Assembly (NCBI RefSeq): GCF_024642405.1
Contig: NZ_JAHEBC010000001.1
Location: 1-54,144 of the forward strand
Source: Algoriphagus sp.
Lineage (GTDB): Bacteria > Bacteroidota > Bacteroidia > Cytophagales > Cyclobacteriaceae
Direction of reading: 5' to 3'
Length of the DNA stretch: 54,144 nt
Of the stretch, positions 29,586 to 37,945 are shown in pieces. Each line of letters starts with the position of its first letter. Position 1 is the first letter of the stretch. The notes beneath the pieces are model-generated. The model was not told the origin of the DNA and did no database searches. It saw nothing but the letters and a program-made list of their open reading frames with translations. The position numbers and the translations under genes are program-made.

Positions 29586-29779
29586 GATGATTCGCAAAAT
29601 AACACGCTTGTAGCGTCTTAATGTGGAACTCTAAATTTGTGTTATACCGTGGTAATATACCTGCAATAGGGTTTAAGCCCTTAGGTTTGAGTGCATCGAA
29701 CGATGCATTAGTGAAAACTAATTGTAGAAAAGATGATGCATAGGCAATCGTTTTGGGTTTTATTGTTACTCTTGACCTT

Positions 29780-29810
29780 CAATGTTAAATATTCTAAAAC
29801 AAAATTCAAA
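29780..29810 (-). promoter_or_regulatory. Probable susC promoter
   Basis: Minus strand TTTG (29810-29807), 19-nt spacer, TAACATTG (29787-29780). Confidence 0.5.
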
Positions 29811-29830
29811 TTCAAAACCCAAAAATTAAA

Positions 29831-29860
29831 TTTGGTTTGTAAAAAGAATTACAAACCAAA
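29831..29860. repeat. 12-bp perfect inverted repeat (terminator of upstream gene or a binding site)
   Basis: TTTGGTTTGTAA-aaagaa-TTACAAACCAAA. Confidence 0.6.
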
Positions 29861-29983
29861 ATTATAATGAATTATACATTCACTTATTAATTGGTTGATT
29901 AATTACATTTACCAGAATATTCCGACTTATTAAATGCCTTTTTTACAAAAATTAATATGATTTATTAGAAAAATAAAATTCTG

Positions 29984-31774
29984 TTAATTTTCTAAGTCTG
30001 GCCTAAAAATCTCAAAGAATTCTTGAGTTTCTCGAATTTCTTCGAATTCCGGATCAATCAAGGCTCTTTGATATAGAACCTCGCTAGCATCAATTGCGGC
30101 CTTTAAATGTATTAATACAACTTCTTTTTGACCACTCGCGGCCGCAATCAATGCTAGTCCATAATAACCATATCCGTATGACCGTCCTGCTGTAACCGAC
30201 TCTTCAAAAGAAAGACTTGCATTTGCATAGTCTCCACTCATAAAATAAGCCAATCCCTTATTGAAAAAATCCTTGGGATCTGAATACTGATATTGAAAGC
30301 GTAAAGTCGCTAATTTATAATCTCCCCTTATTATATCAAGAGCTCCTCTCAGACTTTCATTTGATTTTATAAAATCCTCATTTTTAGTTAAAACGGAGGC
30401 ATCTGATAATTTTTTGTATGCTTCCCAAGCATACCCTTGCAAAACGAGAATCTGACCTTGATTGTGAAGAACATAGGGATTATTGTCAATTCTTGCGGCT
30501 TGCTCTAATAACCTATTAGCTTCTTCCCATAATAAAGCCTTCCTCTCGGGATCCAATGTTCTTTGGGCTTGCCTCATTTTGACCACAGCCAAATTATTAT
30601 AAGGTATGACTGATCTATATAATTCAGTCATCTTACTATAAATCTCTTCTTTATCTTCAAGCCTTGGTGAAGATTCACCAGCGATTGCCCATTCTATTTG
30701 ACTCAAGCCAGAATTTACCCCCGTTCCTACTAAAGCTTCTTTGAGTTTAGAAGCCTGTTCCTGATTTAAGCCAGGTAAAGGCTTTGCGAAAATTTCTATT
30801 TTAGCTGATCTTAACTTAGGGAATAAATCTTTGGAAACTTGACCAAATCCATTGATACTCCTTAATTCTGAAGATTGAGATTGGTAATCTTTACCATTTA
30901 ATAAAATAGAATATAATTGATCCTTTTTTTGGGTGGATAATTTATCATAGTCCCTTAATAATAATCTAAAGTCAAACCAATCATTCCATCGGGAAGAAAT
31001 TTCCACTAAACTATCTTCAAAAAGAAAATTAGAATTATTTAAATAATCTAAAGCTGCCTTCGCTCTATCCATCCCCAGTTTACTACTCCTACCTTCAGCA
31101 GATTCAGGTGATTGAGTCCCTGTGATTTTAACAGACGAAATGGATGGAAATAGTAAAATAAAATTTTTAAGGCTATCGAGAACCTTATCATTTTGATTGC
31201 CTCCTTCAACTTTGAAAGAGCCTTCTCTAAATAAAATTGAAAACTCACCGTATCTGGAGAGATCTTTATCCAAACTTCCTGTTGGTATAAAAAGCCCCAC
31301 CTGAGGGATCGGTTCATCGGGACTTACTTTTCCTACTTTTGCTAATAAAGGAGTAGTGATTATACCCTTGGCTAGAATCTTTTTTTCGGCAGGCTTATCA
31401 ATATTTTTCCCTTGGAAAAATAAAGCTTCTAAAACAGAGCTTTCCATCCAAGATTCATATTTGAATTTAAAATCCTTTTTATAACTATACTTTCCTACCA
31501 GCTTCTGTAAAACCACTTCTCCCAGATCCAAACTTCTTTCTGAACCTCTGAGGCTAATTTCTATCCTTGGGTTTTTCGGACTTAAAGCTGAAACAATTGG
31601 AATCTCACCTGAAACCTGAAAAGAAACAGAATCTCTTTGAAAAACTATTTTAGAAGGAACTACTTTAGAATTTTCAAGAAAATTACTTTCAGGCACTATT
31701 CTTGACCCACAAGAAATGAGCATAAAGGCAGTGAGAAAAAATAAAATTGTTTTTAAAAACAATCGATTAAACAT
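29984..31774 (-). CDS. Lipoprotein with degenerate OmpA-like domain and C-terminal TPR repeats
   Basis: Lipobox LISC; ITGTQSPE......KL..DRAKA (OmpA-C-like); YNNLA, FNKGLAYF..GDY..A, YYGLALIAA TPR motifs. Confidence 0.8.
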   Translation of the reverse strand: MFNRLFLKTILFFLTAFMLISCGSRIVPESNFLENSKVVPSKIVFQRDSVSFQVSGEIPIVSALSPKNPRIEISLRGSERSLDLGEVVLQKLVGKYSYKKDFKFKYESWMESSVLEALFFQGKNIDKPAEKKILAKGIITTPLLAKVGKVSPDEPIPQVGLFIPTGSLDKDLSRYGEFSILFREGSFKVEGGNQNDKVLDSLKNFILLFPSISSVKITGTQSPESAEGRSSKLGMDRAKAALDYLNNSNFLFEDSLVEISSRWNDWFDFRLLLRDYDKLSTQKKDQLYSILLNGKDYQSQSSELRSINGFGQVSKDLFPKLRSAKIEIFAKPLPGLNQEQASKLKEALVGTGVNSGLSQIEWAIAGESSPRLEDKEEIYSKMTELYRSVIPYNNLAVVKMRQAQRTLDPERKALLWEEANRLLEQAARIDNNPYVLHNQGQILVLQGYAWEAYKKLSDASVLTKNEDFIKSNESLRGALDIIRGDYKLATLRFQYQYSDPKDFFNKGLAYFMSGDYANASLSFEESVTAGRSYGYGYYGLALIAAASGQKEVVLIHLKAAIDASEVLYQRALIDPEFEEIRETQEFFEIFRPDLEN

Positions 31775-31837
31775 TGGGCTTTATAGTTTGGATCAACATT
31801 TTTTTTAAATTTAAGCTACTAAACCACTAATTAGACC

Positions 31838-32056
31838 ATGGAAAAGATAAAATTATTCTTTGAGGAAAGGGCTTTTGGAGTTTGTTCTAGATTAGGAGAG
31901 AAATTAAACTTCCCTATTGACAGCATTCGATTATTTTTTATTTATACCTCATTTATCACAATGGGTTCTCCAGTGATAATTTATGTAAGCATGGCAATGA
32001 TGATGAAGATTAGAAAATACTTTAGAAAAAGTAACAATCCAGTATTATTTGATTAA
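31838..32056 (+). CDS. PspC domain membrane protein
   Basis: FGVCSRLGEKL......IRLFFIY.SF...GSP.IIY. Confidence 0.88.
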   Translation: MEKIKLFFEERAFGVCSRLGEKLNFPIDSIRLFFIYTSFITMGSPVIIYVSMAMMMKIRKYFRKSNNPVLFD

Positions 32057-33060
32057 AGGGAATTAAATGTCTTTCTTCTAAGCAAACCAGTTTTCAATAT
32101 AAGAAAACGAACGGGACCTCGAGATGAAATTGCCAATTCTTGATTGGATATTATTTTTTGTCTCTTGGAAAGATTTCGGTTGGAAATAAACTCACGGTAC
32201 CCCCTAGCAATCGATTTAGCATTTTCTTTTTCTCCTTTTACTAAAAATAAGATTGCAGCTATCATCTCGAAGAATAGTTTTGCAAGGAAAATCATCCAAA
32301 AAACTACCCCTCTTTCATTTTTATAAATCATCATTAAATTATTCCGAATGTTTAAAAATAGCTTTTTTGGACTATTTCTATTCAATGTGGCCCCTCCAAT
32401 ATGATACACTTTTACACCTCCGAAATACCCTACTTTCCAACCAAGATTTCGCATTCTCCAGCATAAATCAATTTCCTCCATATGAGCGAAAAAGTGTGCG
32501 TCAAAACCGGATAAACTGTGGAATACTTCTGCTTTTACCAACATACAAGCCCCAGAAGCCCAATCTACATCTATAGAATCATCATACTGACCGTTATCAT
32601 TTTCTATATGTTCCCAAATTCTACCCCTACAATATGGATATCCAAGTGCATCTATAAATCCTCCCCCCGCTCCTGCATAATCAAATTTTTGAGGATCTTG
32701 ATAAGAAAGGATTTTCGGTTGAAAAGCTGCGTATTCCGGAAGTGAGCTCGCATAAGAAACAAGATTAAGATCCCAATTGGGAGTTACTTCCACATCTGAA
32801 TTTAAAAGAATATAATAGTGATATTTACCTTCTAATTCTGAAAGTCCCCAATTATATCCACCTGCAAAACCAAAATTTTCTTTTAGCAGGATTAAGTTTA
32901 TGGTGGGGAATTCATTTTTTAAAATTGAAATAGACTGATCGCTACTTGCATTATCAATAACCCAAATATCCAATTGGCTATGAGCCAAAACTGAAGGAAG
33001 AAATTTTTTTAGCATTTCTTCCCCATTGTAATTGAGTATGACTATCGCACAGGATTTCAT
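32053..33060 (-). CDS. Glycosyltransferase family 2
   Basis: IVILNYNG, IDNASSD, NFGFAGGYN, LLNSDVEV, WASGAC, HMEEIDLCWR. Confidence 0.93.
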   Translation of the reverse strand: MKSCAIVILNYNGEEMLKKFLPSVLAHSQLDIWVIDNASSDQSISILKNEFPTINLILLKENFGFAGGYNWGLSELEGKYHYYILLNSDVEVTPNWDLNLVSYASSLPEYAAFQPKILSYQDPQKFDYAGAGGGFIDALGYPYCRGRIWEHIENDNGQYDDSIDVDWASGACMLVKAEVFHSLSGFDAHFFAHMEEIDLCWRMRNLGWKVGYFGGVKVYHIGGATLNRNSPKKLFLNIRNNLMMIYKNERGVVFWMIFLAKLFFEMIAAILFLVKGEKENAKSIARGYREFISNRNLSKRQKIISNQELAISSRGPVRFLILKTGLLRRKTFNSL

Positions 33061-33148
33061 GTGATAAAAATAGGATTATATATGGTCACATGGAATCTAT
33101 AAAATTTGAAAATCAAACGATGGTGCGACATTCCTGCATGGCTCGATC

Positions 33149-33484
33149 TCATCCAAACATTCCGCCTAAATCCATTCCTGGGATATTTGGAATAACCCCA
33201 TCTGTTGCAGATTTCATGGCTGCTTTTATTTTTATTTCTATTGCTTCCATCGCAATATTCGTGGCAGCAACCACAAGATCACTTAACATTTCTTTATCAG
33301 CTGGTGTCAATAATGACTCATCTAATTCAATTTTTAGTACTTTCCGATCGCCATTCACAATTACTTTTACCAGTCCTGCACCTGACTCACCCTCTGCGGT
33401 AAGATGAACTAATTTTGACTGAGCTTCTTTTATTTTAGCTTGGGCATCTTTTATTTTACCCATCATTCCCATGATATCAAACAT
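33149..33484 (-). CDS. YbaB/EbfC nucleoid-associated protein
   Basis: GESGAGLVKV..NG...V..I.LD......D.EMLSDLV.AA.N.A. Confidence 0.93.
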   Translation of the reverse strand: MFDIMGMMGKIKDAQAKIKEAQSKLVHLTAEGESGAGLVKVIVNGDRKVLKIELDESLLTPADKEMLSDLVVAATNIAMEAIEIKIKAAMKSATDGVIPNIPGMDLGGMFG

Positions 33485-33675
33485 ATTTTTCTCTTTAACT
33501 TAATTCTAACTAATTTATTTTCAATATTATACAGTCTTCAAATAAAAGCTGATTCATTTATTTTGTCTCTTATAAGAGGAAAAGATTTAATAGACTGGAA
33601 AATTTTATCAAATTCAAATTTCTTGTAACTTTTTAAAAGACTTTTAAGTATAAAAACTATCCAAACCATACTTTT

Positions 33676-33957
33676 ATGAAACCAATCGAACCCATTGAAA
33701 AAGAGCACCTTGCAAACCTTTATTTTAGTAAAATTGAGGTAATCCCAGATCCAGAATTACGAAAAGCCCGTATGGCAAAGTTATACCGGTCTCAAACTCT
33801 AGGTAATCTTCTTCAAACTAAGGTACTTTTGACTTTTAAAGCAGCTGATGAACAAATATATCAGGTATATACAACTGTATGGGCAGTTGGTGGAGATTAT
33901 ATATCCTTGAAAGGCGGAATGACAATTCCTATTACCTCGATTTTAGAAATAGATTAA
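33676..33957 (+). CDS. Conserved hypothetical protein (93 aa)
   Basis: Clean ORF with IEKE, LGN...KV, V.TTVWAV, LKGG..IP pattern; function unknown. Confidence 0.75.
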   Translation: MKPIEPIEKEHLANLYFSKIEVIPDPELRKARMAKLYRSQTLGNLLQTKVLLTFKAADEQIYQVYTTVWAVGGDYISLKGGMTIPITSILEID

Positions 33958-35321
33958 TCCCCTAATAAAACTGAAATCACTTCATTCAACTTCAAATTTT
34001 CTTGATTCCCTGAGTCTAGATTCTTAAGGGCCAAACTCTCAGTTTCAATTTCATTATCTCCACAGATACCAACGAAAGGAATTCCCTTTTTAGTGGCAAA
34101 ATCTAATTGCTTTTTCACTTTCGTCAAATCAGGGAAAATTTCCGCTTTTACACCGGCTCTTCTAAGATGTGATAAGATTCTTAATGCATAACGAAAGCCA
34201 TTCTCATCAAAATGAGCAAGTAAAATTTGCGTGCTTTTCAAACTTTCCTCAGGAAATATATTCAGCTCCTCCATCACATCATATAAGCGATCCACACCAA
34301 AAGAAAAACCAACTCCAGAAACTCCAGGCAAACCAAAAACGCCTGTCAAGTTATCATATCTCCCTCCTCCACTCACTGAGCCGATTGATACTCCATTCAC
34401 TTTCACTTCAAATATCGCCCCTGTATAGTAAGATAAACCTCTGGCAAGCATAATATCAAAATCCAAATGATCCAGATCCTCTCCCATTTGATTGAGAATC
34501 TCAAGCAATTCTTCAAATTCTGAAACTCCAATCAAGCCAATCTCACTACCTGCCAAGAACTCCTTTAAAAACTCAATTTTACCTTTTAGGTTTGATTCTA
34601 GTTTAACCAAAGGTTCTAATTTTGATAAGGATTGTTCACTAAACTCCCTTTGAGCTAGTTCCTCCTTTACTTTAATCCAACCAATTTTGTCCAATTTATC
34701 AATTGCAATGCAAAGTGGACCTTCTTTTCCCGATTCACCAATTGCCTCAGAAATCCCTGTGAGAATCTTTCTATTATTGACTTTTATATCGTAATCTGTT
34801 AAGCCTAGCTTAGCAAAAACATCTCGAATCATTAAAATAATTTCCGCTTCGCAAACCAAACTATCTGTTCCCACCACATCGGCATCGCACTGATAGAACT
34901 CTCTATATCTTCCTTTTTGAGGCCTATCAGCACGCCAAACAGGTTGAATTTGAAATCTTTTAAAAGGGAAACTAAGCTCATTCCTGTTCATCACAACAAA
35001 TCTGGCAAAAGGCACTGTCAAGTCATATCGCAAACCTTTCTCAGCTACTTTAGGCAAAGTGGCTTTAGCTCCTAATGAAAAATCTTCTTGGGTTACATTT
35101 TTGAGAAAGTCACCGCTGTTTATGATTTTAAAAAGTAACTGATCCCCTTCATCTCCATATTTTCCAGTCAACGTAGAAAGATTCTCCATTGCAGGTGTTT
35201 CGATCTGTTGGTAGCCAAATAACTGGAAGGTTTCTTTAATAGAATTCAGAATAAAGTTCCTACGAGCCATTTGAATTGTTCCAAAATCTCTTGTTCCTTT
35301 GGGAAGGCTAGGTTTTTGCAT
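33954..35321 (-). CDS. hisS: Histidine--tRNA ligase
   Basis: PKGTRDF, LRYDLTVP, WRADRPQKGRYREFYQCD.D, ARGLSYYTG, GGGRYD. Confidence 0.98.
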   Translation of the reverse strand: MQKPSLPKGTRDFGTIQMARRNFILNSIKETFQLFGYQQIETPAMENLSTLTGKYGDEGDQLLFKIINSGDFLKNVTQEDFSLGAKATLPKVAEKGLRYDLTVPFARFVVMNRNELSFPFKRFQIQPVWRADRPQKGRYREFYQCDADVVGTDSLVCEAEIILMIRDVFAKLGLTDYDIKVNNRKILTGISEAIGESGKEGPLCIAIDKLDKIGWIKVKEELAQREFSEQSLSKLEPLVKLESNLKGKIEFLKEFLAGSEIGLIGVSEFEELLEILNQMGEDLDHLDFDIMLARGLSYYTGAIFEVKVNGVSIGSVSGGGRYDNLTGVFGLPGVSGVGFSFGVDRLYDVMEELNIFPEESLKSTQILLAHFDENGFRYALRILSHLRRAGVKAEIFPDLTKVKKQLDFATKKGIPFVGICGDNEIETESLALKNLDSGNQENLKLNEVISVLLGD

Positions 35322-35437
35322 GCTTATTCAGGTGATTTAGATTTCAAATTTATTCAAAAAATGGAAAACAGCCCCCTTTATAGGAATCTATTAGAATTAA
35401 TTTCATGATAGTTCTAGGCTAAAAAGATTTGTTTTCT

Positions 35438-35445
35438 TAATTTTG
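35438..35445 (+). promoter_or_regulatory. -7 promoter element for the small basic ORF
   Basis: TAATTTTG(CGC), exact TAnnTTTG, 39 nt upstream of ATG 35485. Confidence 0.65.
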
Positions 35446-35484
35446 CGCTTCGTTTCGAAACAATAACATTAAAAATATACGACC

Positions 35485-35628
35485 ATGGCAGTTACAACTT
35501 TAAAAAGAAAGCTGAAAAGAAAAAGATTATCTCAGAATACTCGAGTGATCAAAATTAAGCAACTGAGCGCTAAGCCAGTAATCAAAAACGTGGACGTTGA
35601 AGAATTGAAAAAATCTTTCGATAAATAA
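35485..35628 (+). CDS. Small basic protein (47 aa), missing from the ORF track
   Basis: MAVTTLKRKLKRKRLSQNTRVIKIKQLSAKPVIKNVDVEELKKSFDK*; own promoter and terminator. Confidence 0.8.
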   Translation: MAVTTLKRKLKRKRLSQNTRVIKIKQLSAKPVIKNVDVEELKKSFDK

Positions 35629-35645
35629 TGTCCTGATTATCGGGT

Positions 35646-35673
35646 AAAAAGCGGTCAACTGGCCGCTTTTTTT
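35646..35673. terminator. Bidirectional terminator
   Basis: AAAAAGCGGTCA-ac-TGGCCGCTTTTTTT. Confidence 0.85.
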
Positions 35674-36175
35674 ATTTCCCCCTTTTTCCTAATTCGACAA
35701 CTTTTAAATTTTTAATATTCCCTGCTTCTAAATCAAATAAAAGCAAGGTTCTCATTTGATGAAATCCTTGTTGGCCTATAGCCCCAGGGTTCATATATAG
35801 GCAATTTAAAGCTTTATCATATTCAACCTTACAAATATGGGAATGCCCACAAATGAAAAGATCTGGATTTGATTCTTTAATTTTTGATTTCACTCCTTTG
35901 GCATACCTTGGAGGCTTACCGCCTATATGCGTCATTAAAATTTTTACACCTTCTGTTTCCCAAAAAGCCCACTCAGGATAAATACTTTGGGATTCCAGAT
36001 CATCAATATTTCCAAATACAGCCCTTATCTTTTTTCCTTTCGGTAAGGATTCCATTACATCTCTGTTTCCGATATCACCCGCATGCCATATTTCATCCAC
36101 ATCTTGAAGAAAAGAAAGGGTTTTTTCATCAATATGGCTGTGAGAATCAGAAATCAGGGCGACCTTAGTGGGCAT
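35672..36175 (-). CDS. YfcE-like metallophosphoesterase
   Basis: ISDSH, HAGDIG, VFGNID, GHSH, NPGA. Confidence 0.92.
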   Translation of the reverse strand: MPTKVALISDSHSHIDEKTLSFLQDVDEIWHAGDIGNRDVMESLPKGKKIRAVFGNIDDLESQSIYPEWAFWETEGVKILMTHIGGKPPRYAKGVKSKIKESNPDLFICGHSHICKVEYDKALNCLYMNPGAIGQQGFHQMRTLLLFDLEAGNIKNLKVVELGKRGK

Positions 36176-36242
36176 TTGAAAATAATAGGGTTAAATTTCT
36201 TATAATTTTAAACCCAAATTAATCACAACAACCCGATCCATT

Positions 36243-36644
36243 ATGAAATCTTTAAGAAATTCCATCTTTTACAGCATTGCAGTACTCGTAATTTTCTCCT
36301 GTTCTAAAAACGAATCTTACGACTCTATTGATTCTCTGACGGCTCAGAAATTCGAAGAGATCGTCAATACTAACAAAGAAGCAATTATCCTGGATGTTAG
36401 AACACCTGATGAATATTCAGAAGGACATATTTCAGGAGCACTTAATATAGACTATATGGACGACGCCTTCGAACAAGAAATTGCAAATCTAAATAAAAGC
36501 AAAACTTACCTTGTTTATTGCAAAGCCGGTGTAAGGCAGGATAAGGCTAGCATCAGGATGAAAGAACTTGGTTTTGAGCACATCATTTTATTAGAAGGCG
36601 GAATCACAAGTTGGCAGCAAAATGGAATGCCCCTTGAAAATTGA
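36243..36644 (+). CDS. Rhodanese-domain lipoprotein
   Basis: Lipobox IFSC; LDVRTPDEY..GHI.GA, VYCKAGVR, L.GG..SW. Confidence 0.92.
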   Translation: MKSLRNSIFYSIAVLVIFSCSKNESYDSIDSLTAQKFEEIVNTNKEAIILDVRTPDEYSEGHISGALNIDYMDDAFEQEIANLNKSKTYLVYCKAGVRQDKASIRMKELGFEHIILLEGGITSWQQNGMPLEN

Positions 36645-36828
36645 GGCTTTGCTTTTGATCTTTTAAAAAATTGAAGGATTGCCAAAAAAACAGACAGATA
36701 GTGCATTTTAGAATTTGAAAGTGCGAAAACTGTGAGTTTGGGATAAATAAGGAGATTAATCCATCGGGGTATTTTTGCAATTGCCCAATTCCTTTCTATT
36801 TTTACGAACCAAATTTTGTCTTAAACTA

Positions 36829-37809
36829 ATGAGAGAATTACAGTTTCGTGAAGCCCTGAGAGAGGCCTTGTCTGAAGAAATGAGACGTGATAAAAGCGTT
36901 TTCTTGATGGGAGAAGAAGTTGCTGAATATAATGGAGCTTACAAAGTGTCTCAAGGGATGCTAGATGAGTTCGGACCAGAAAGAGTCTACGATACGCCTA
37001 TCGCTGAACTTGGTTTCGCCGGTTTGGGGGTTGGAGCAGCGATGAATGGTTTAAAACCCGTCATTGAATTCATGACTTTTAACTTTTCATTGGTAGCTAT
37101 CGATCAGATTATCAATTCCGCCGCCAAAATGCTTGCCATGACTGGGGGAGCTTATAGTGTGCCAATTGTATTTCGTGGCCCAACAGGAAACGCAGGTCAA
37201 TTGGGAGCTACTCACTCTTCAAATTTTGAAAATTGGTTTGCCAATACCCCTGGACTAAAAGTAATTGTTCCTTCAAACCCTTATGATGCAAAAGGTCTTT
37301 TAAAGGCCGCTATCCGAGATCCAGATCCTGTAATCTTCATGGAATCTGAGGTGATGTATAGTGATAAGGGTGAAGTTCCAGACGGAGAATATTTACTTCC
37401 AATCGGAGTGGCTGATATCAAAAGAAAAGGAAAAGATGTAACCTTGATTTCTTTTGGGAAAATGATGAAAGTTGCACTCCAAGCTGCTGAAGAAATGGCA
37501 AAAGAAGGAATTGATTGCGAAGTAATTGATCTAAGAACTGTTAGACCAATCGATTATGCCACTTGTATTGAATCAGTTAAGAAAACAAACAGAGTAGTGA
37601 TTGTTGAAGAAGCTAATCCGCTTGCTGCGATTTCTTCCGAATTAACTTATCACTTCCAGAGATATGCATTCGATTATTTAGATGCACCTGTGATACGGGT
37701 AAATTCAATGGATATACCATTAAGTTATTCACCAACATACATCGATGTGACGATTCCTAATGTAAAAAGAACCGTAGATGCTATTAAGAAAGTATCCTAC
37801 AAGAATTGA
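36829..37809 (+). CDS. pdhB: Pyruvate dehydrogenase E1 beta subunit
   Basis: GEEVAEYNGAYKVS, DTPIAE.GF, EFMTFNF, DAKGLLKAAIRD, IDLRTVRP; ATG at 36829. Confidence 0.95.
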   Translation: MRELQFREALREALSEEMRRDKSVFLMGEEVAEYNGAYKVSQGMLDEFGPERVYDTPIAELGFAGLGVGAAMNGLKPVIEFMTFNFSLVAIDQIINSAAKMLAMTGGAYSVPIVFRGPTGNAGQLGATHSSNFENWFANTPGLKVIVPSNPYDAKGLLKAAIRDPDPVIFMESEVMYSDKGEVPDGEYLLPIGVADIKRKGKDVTLISFGKMMKVALQAAEEMAKEGIDCEVIDLRTVRPIDYATCIESVKKTNRVVIVEEANPLAAISSELTYHFQRYAFDYLDAPVIRVNSMDIPLSYSPTYIDVTIPNVKRTVDAIKKVSYKN

Positions 37810-37826
37810 TTTTCTCTGACACACAA

Positions 37827-37859
37827 AAAAAAACCGGCCTCAAAAAGGCCGGTTTTTTT
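37827..37859 (+). terminator. Terminator after pdhB
   Basis: AAAAAAACCGGCCT-caaaa-AGGCCGGTTTTTTT. Confidence 0.9.
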
Positions 37860-37904
37860 CATTATTACCCAATCTATCTATTAATTATTTTTAAACTCTA
37901 TAAA

Positions 37905-37935
37905 GTTGAAACCTTGGGAATCCCAAGGTTTCAAC
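37905..37935 (-). terminator. Long hairpin just 3' of the TonB receptor gene
   Basis: GTTGAAACCTTGGGA-a-TCCCAAGGTTTCAAC, 15-bp perfect inverted repeat. Confidence 0.75.
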
Positions 37936-37945
37936 AAGAGATATT

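Noticed and set aside
29831-29860. Inverted repeat as an invertible promoter switch
   Set aside because: Only 6 bp lie between the arms, so no promoter fits inside, and no recombinase is nearby.
33090-33628. Plus-strand ORFs over ybaB and its upstream region
   Set aside because: Antisense or AT-rich chance ORFs without coding features.
36829-37809. pdhB without adjacent pdhA/pdhC
   Set aside because: Split pdh genes are usual in Bacteroidota.
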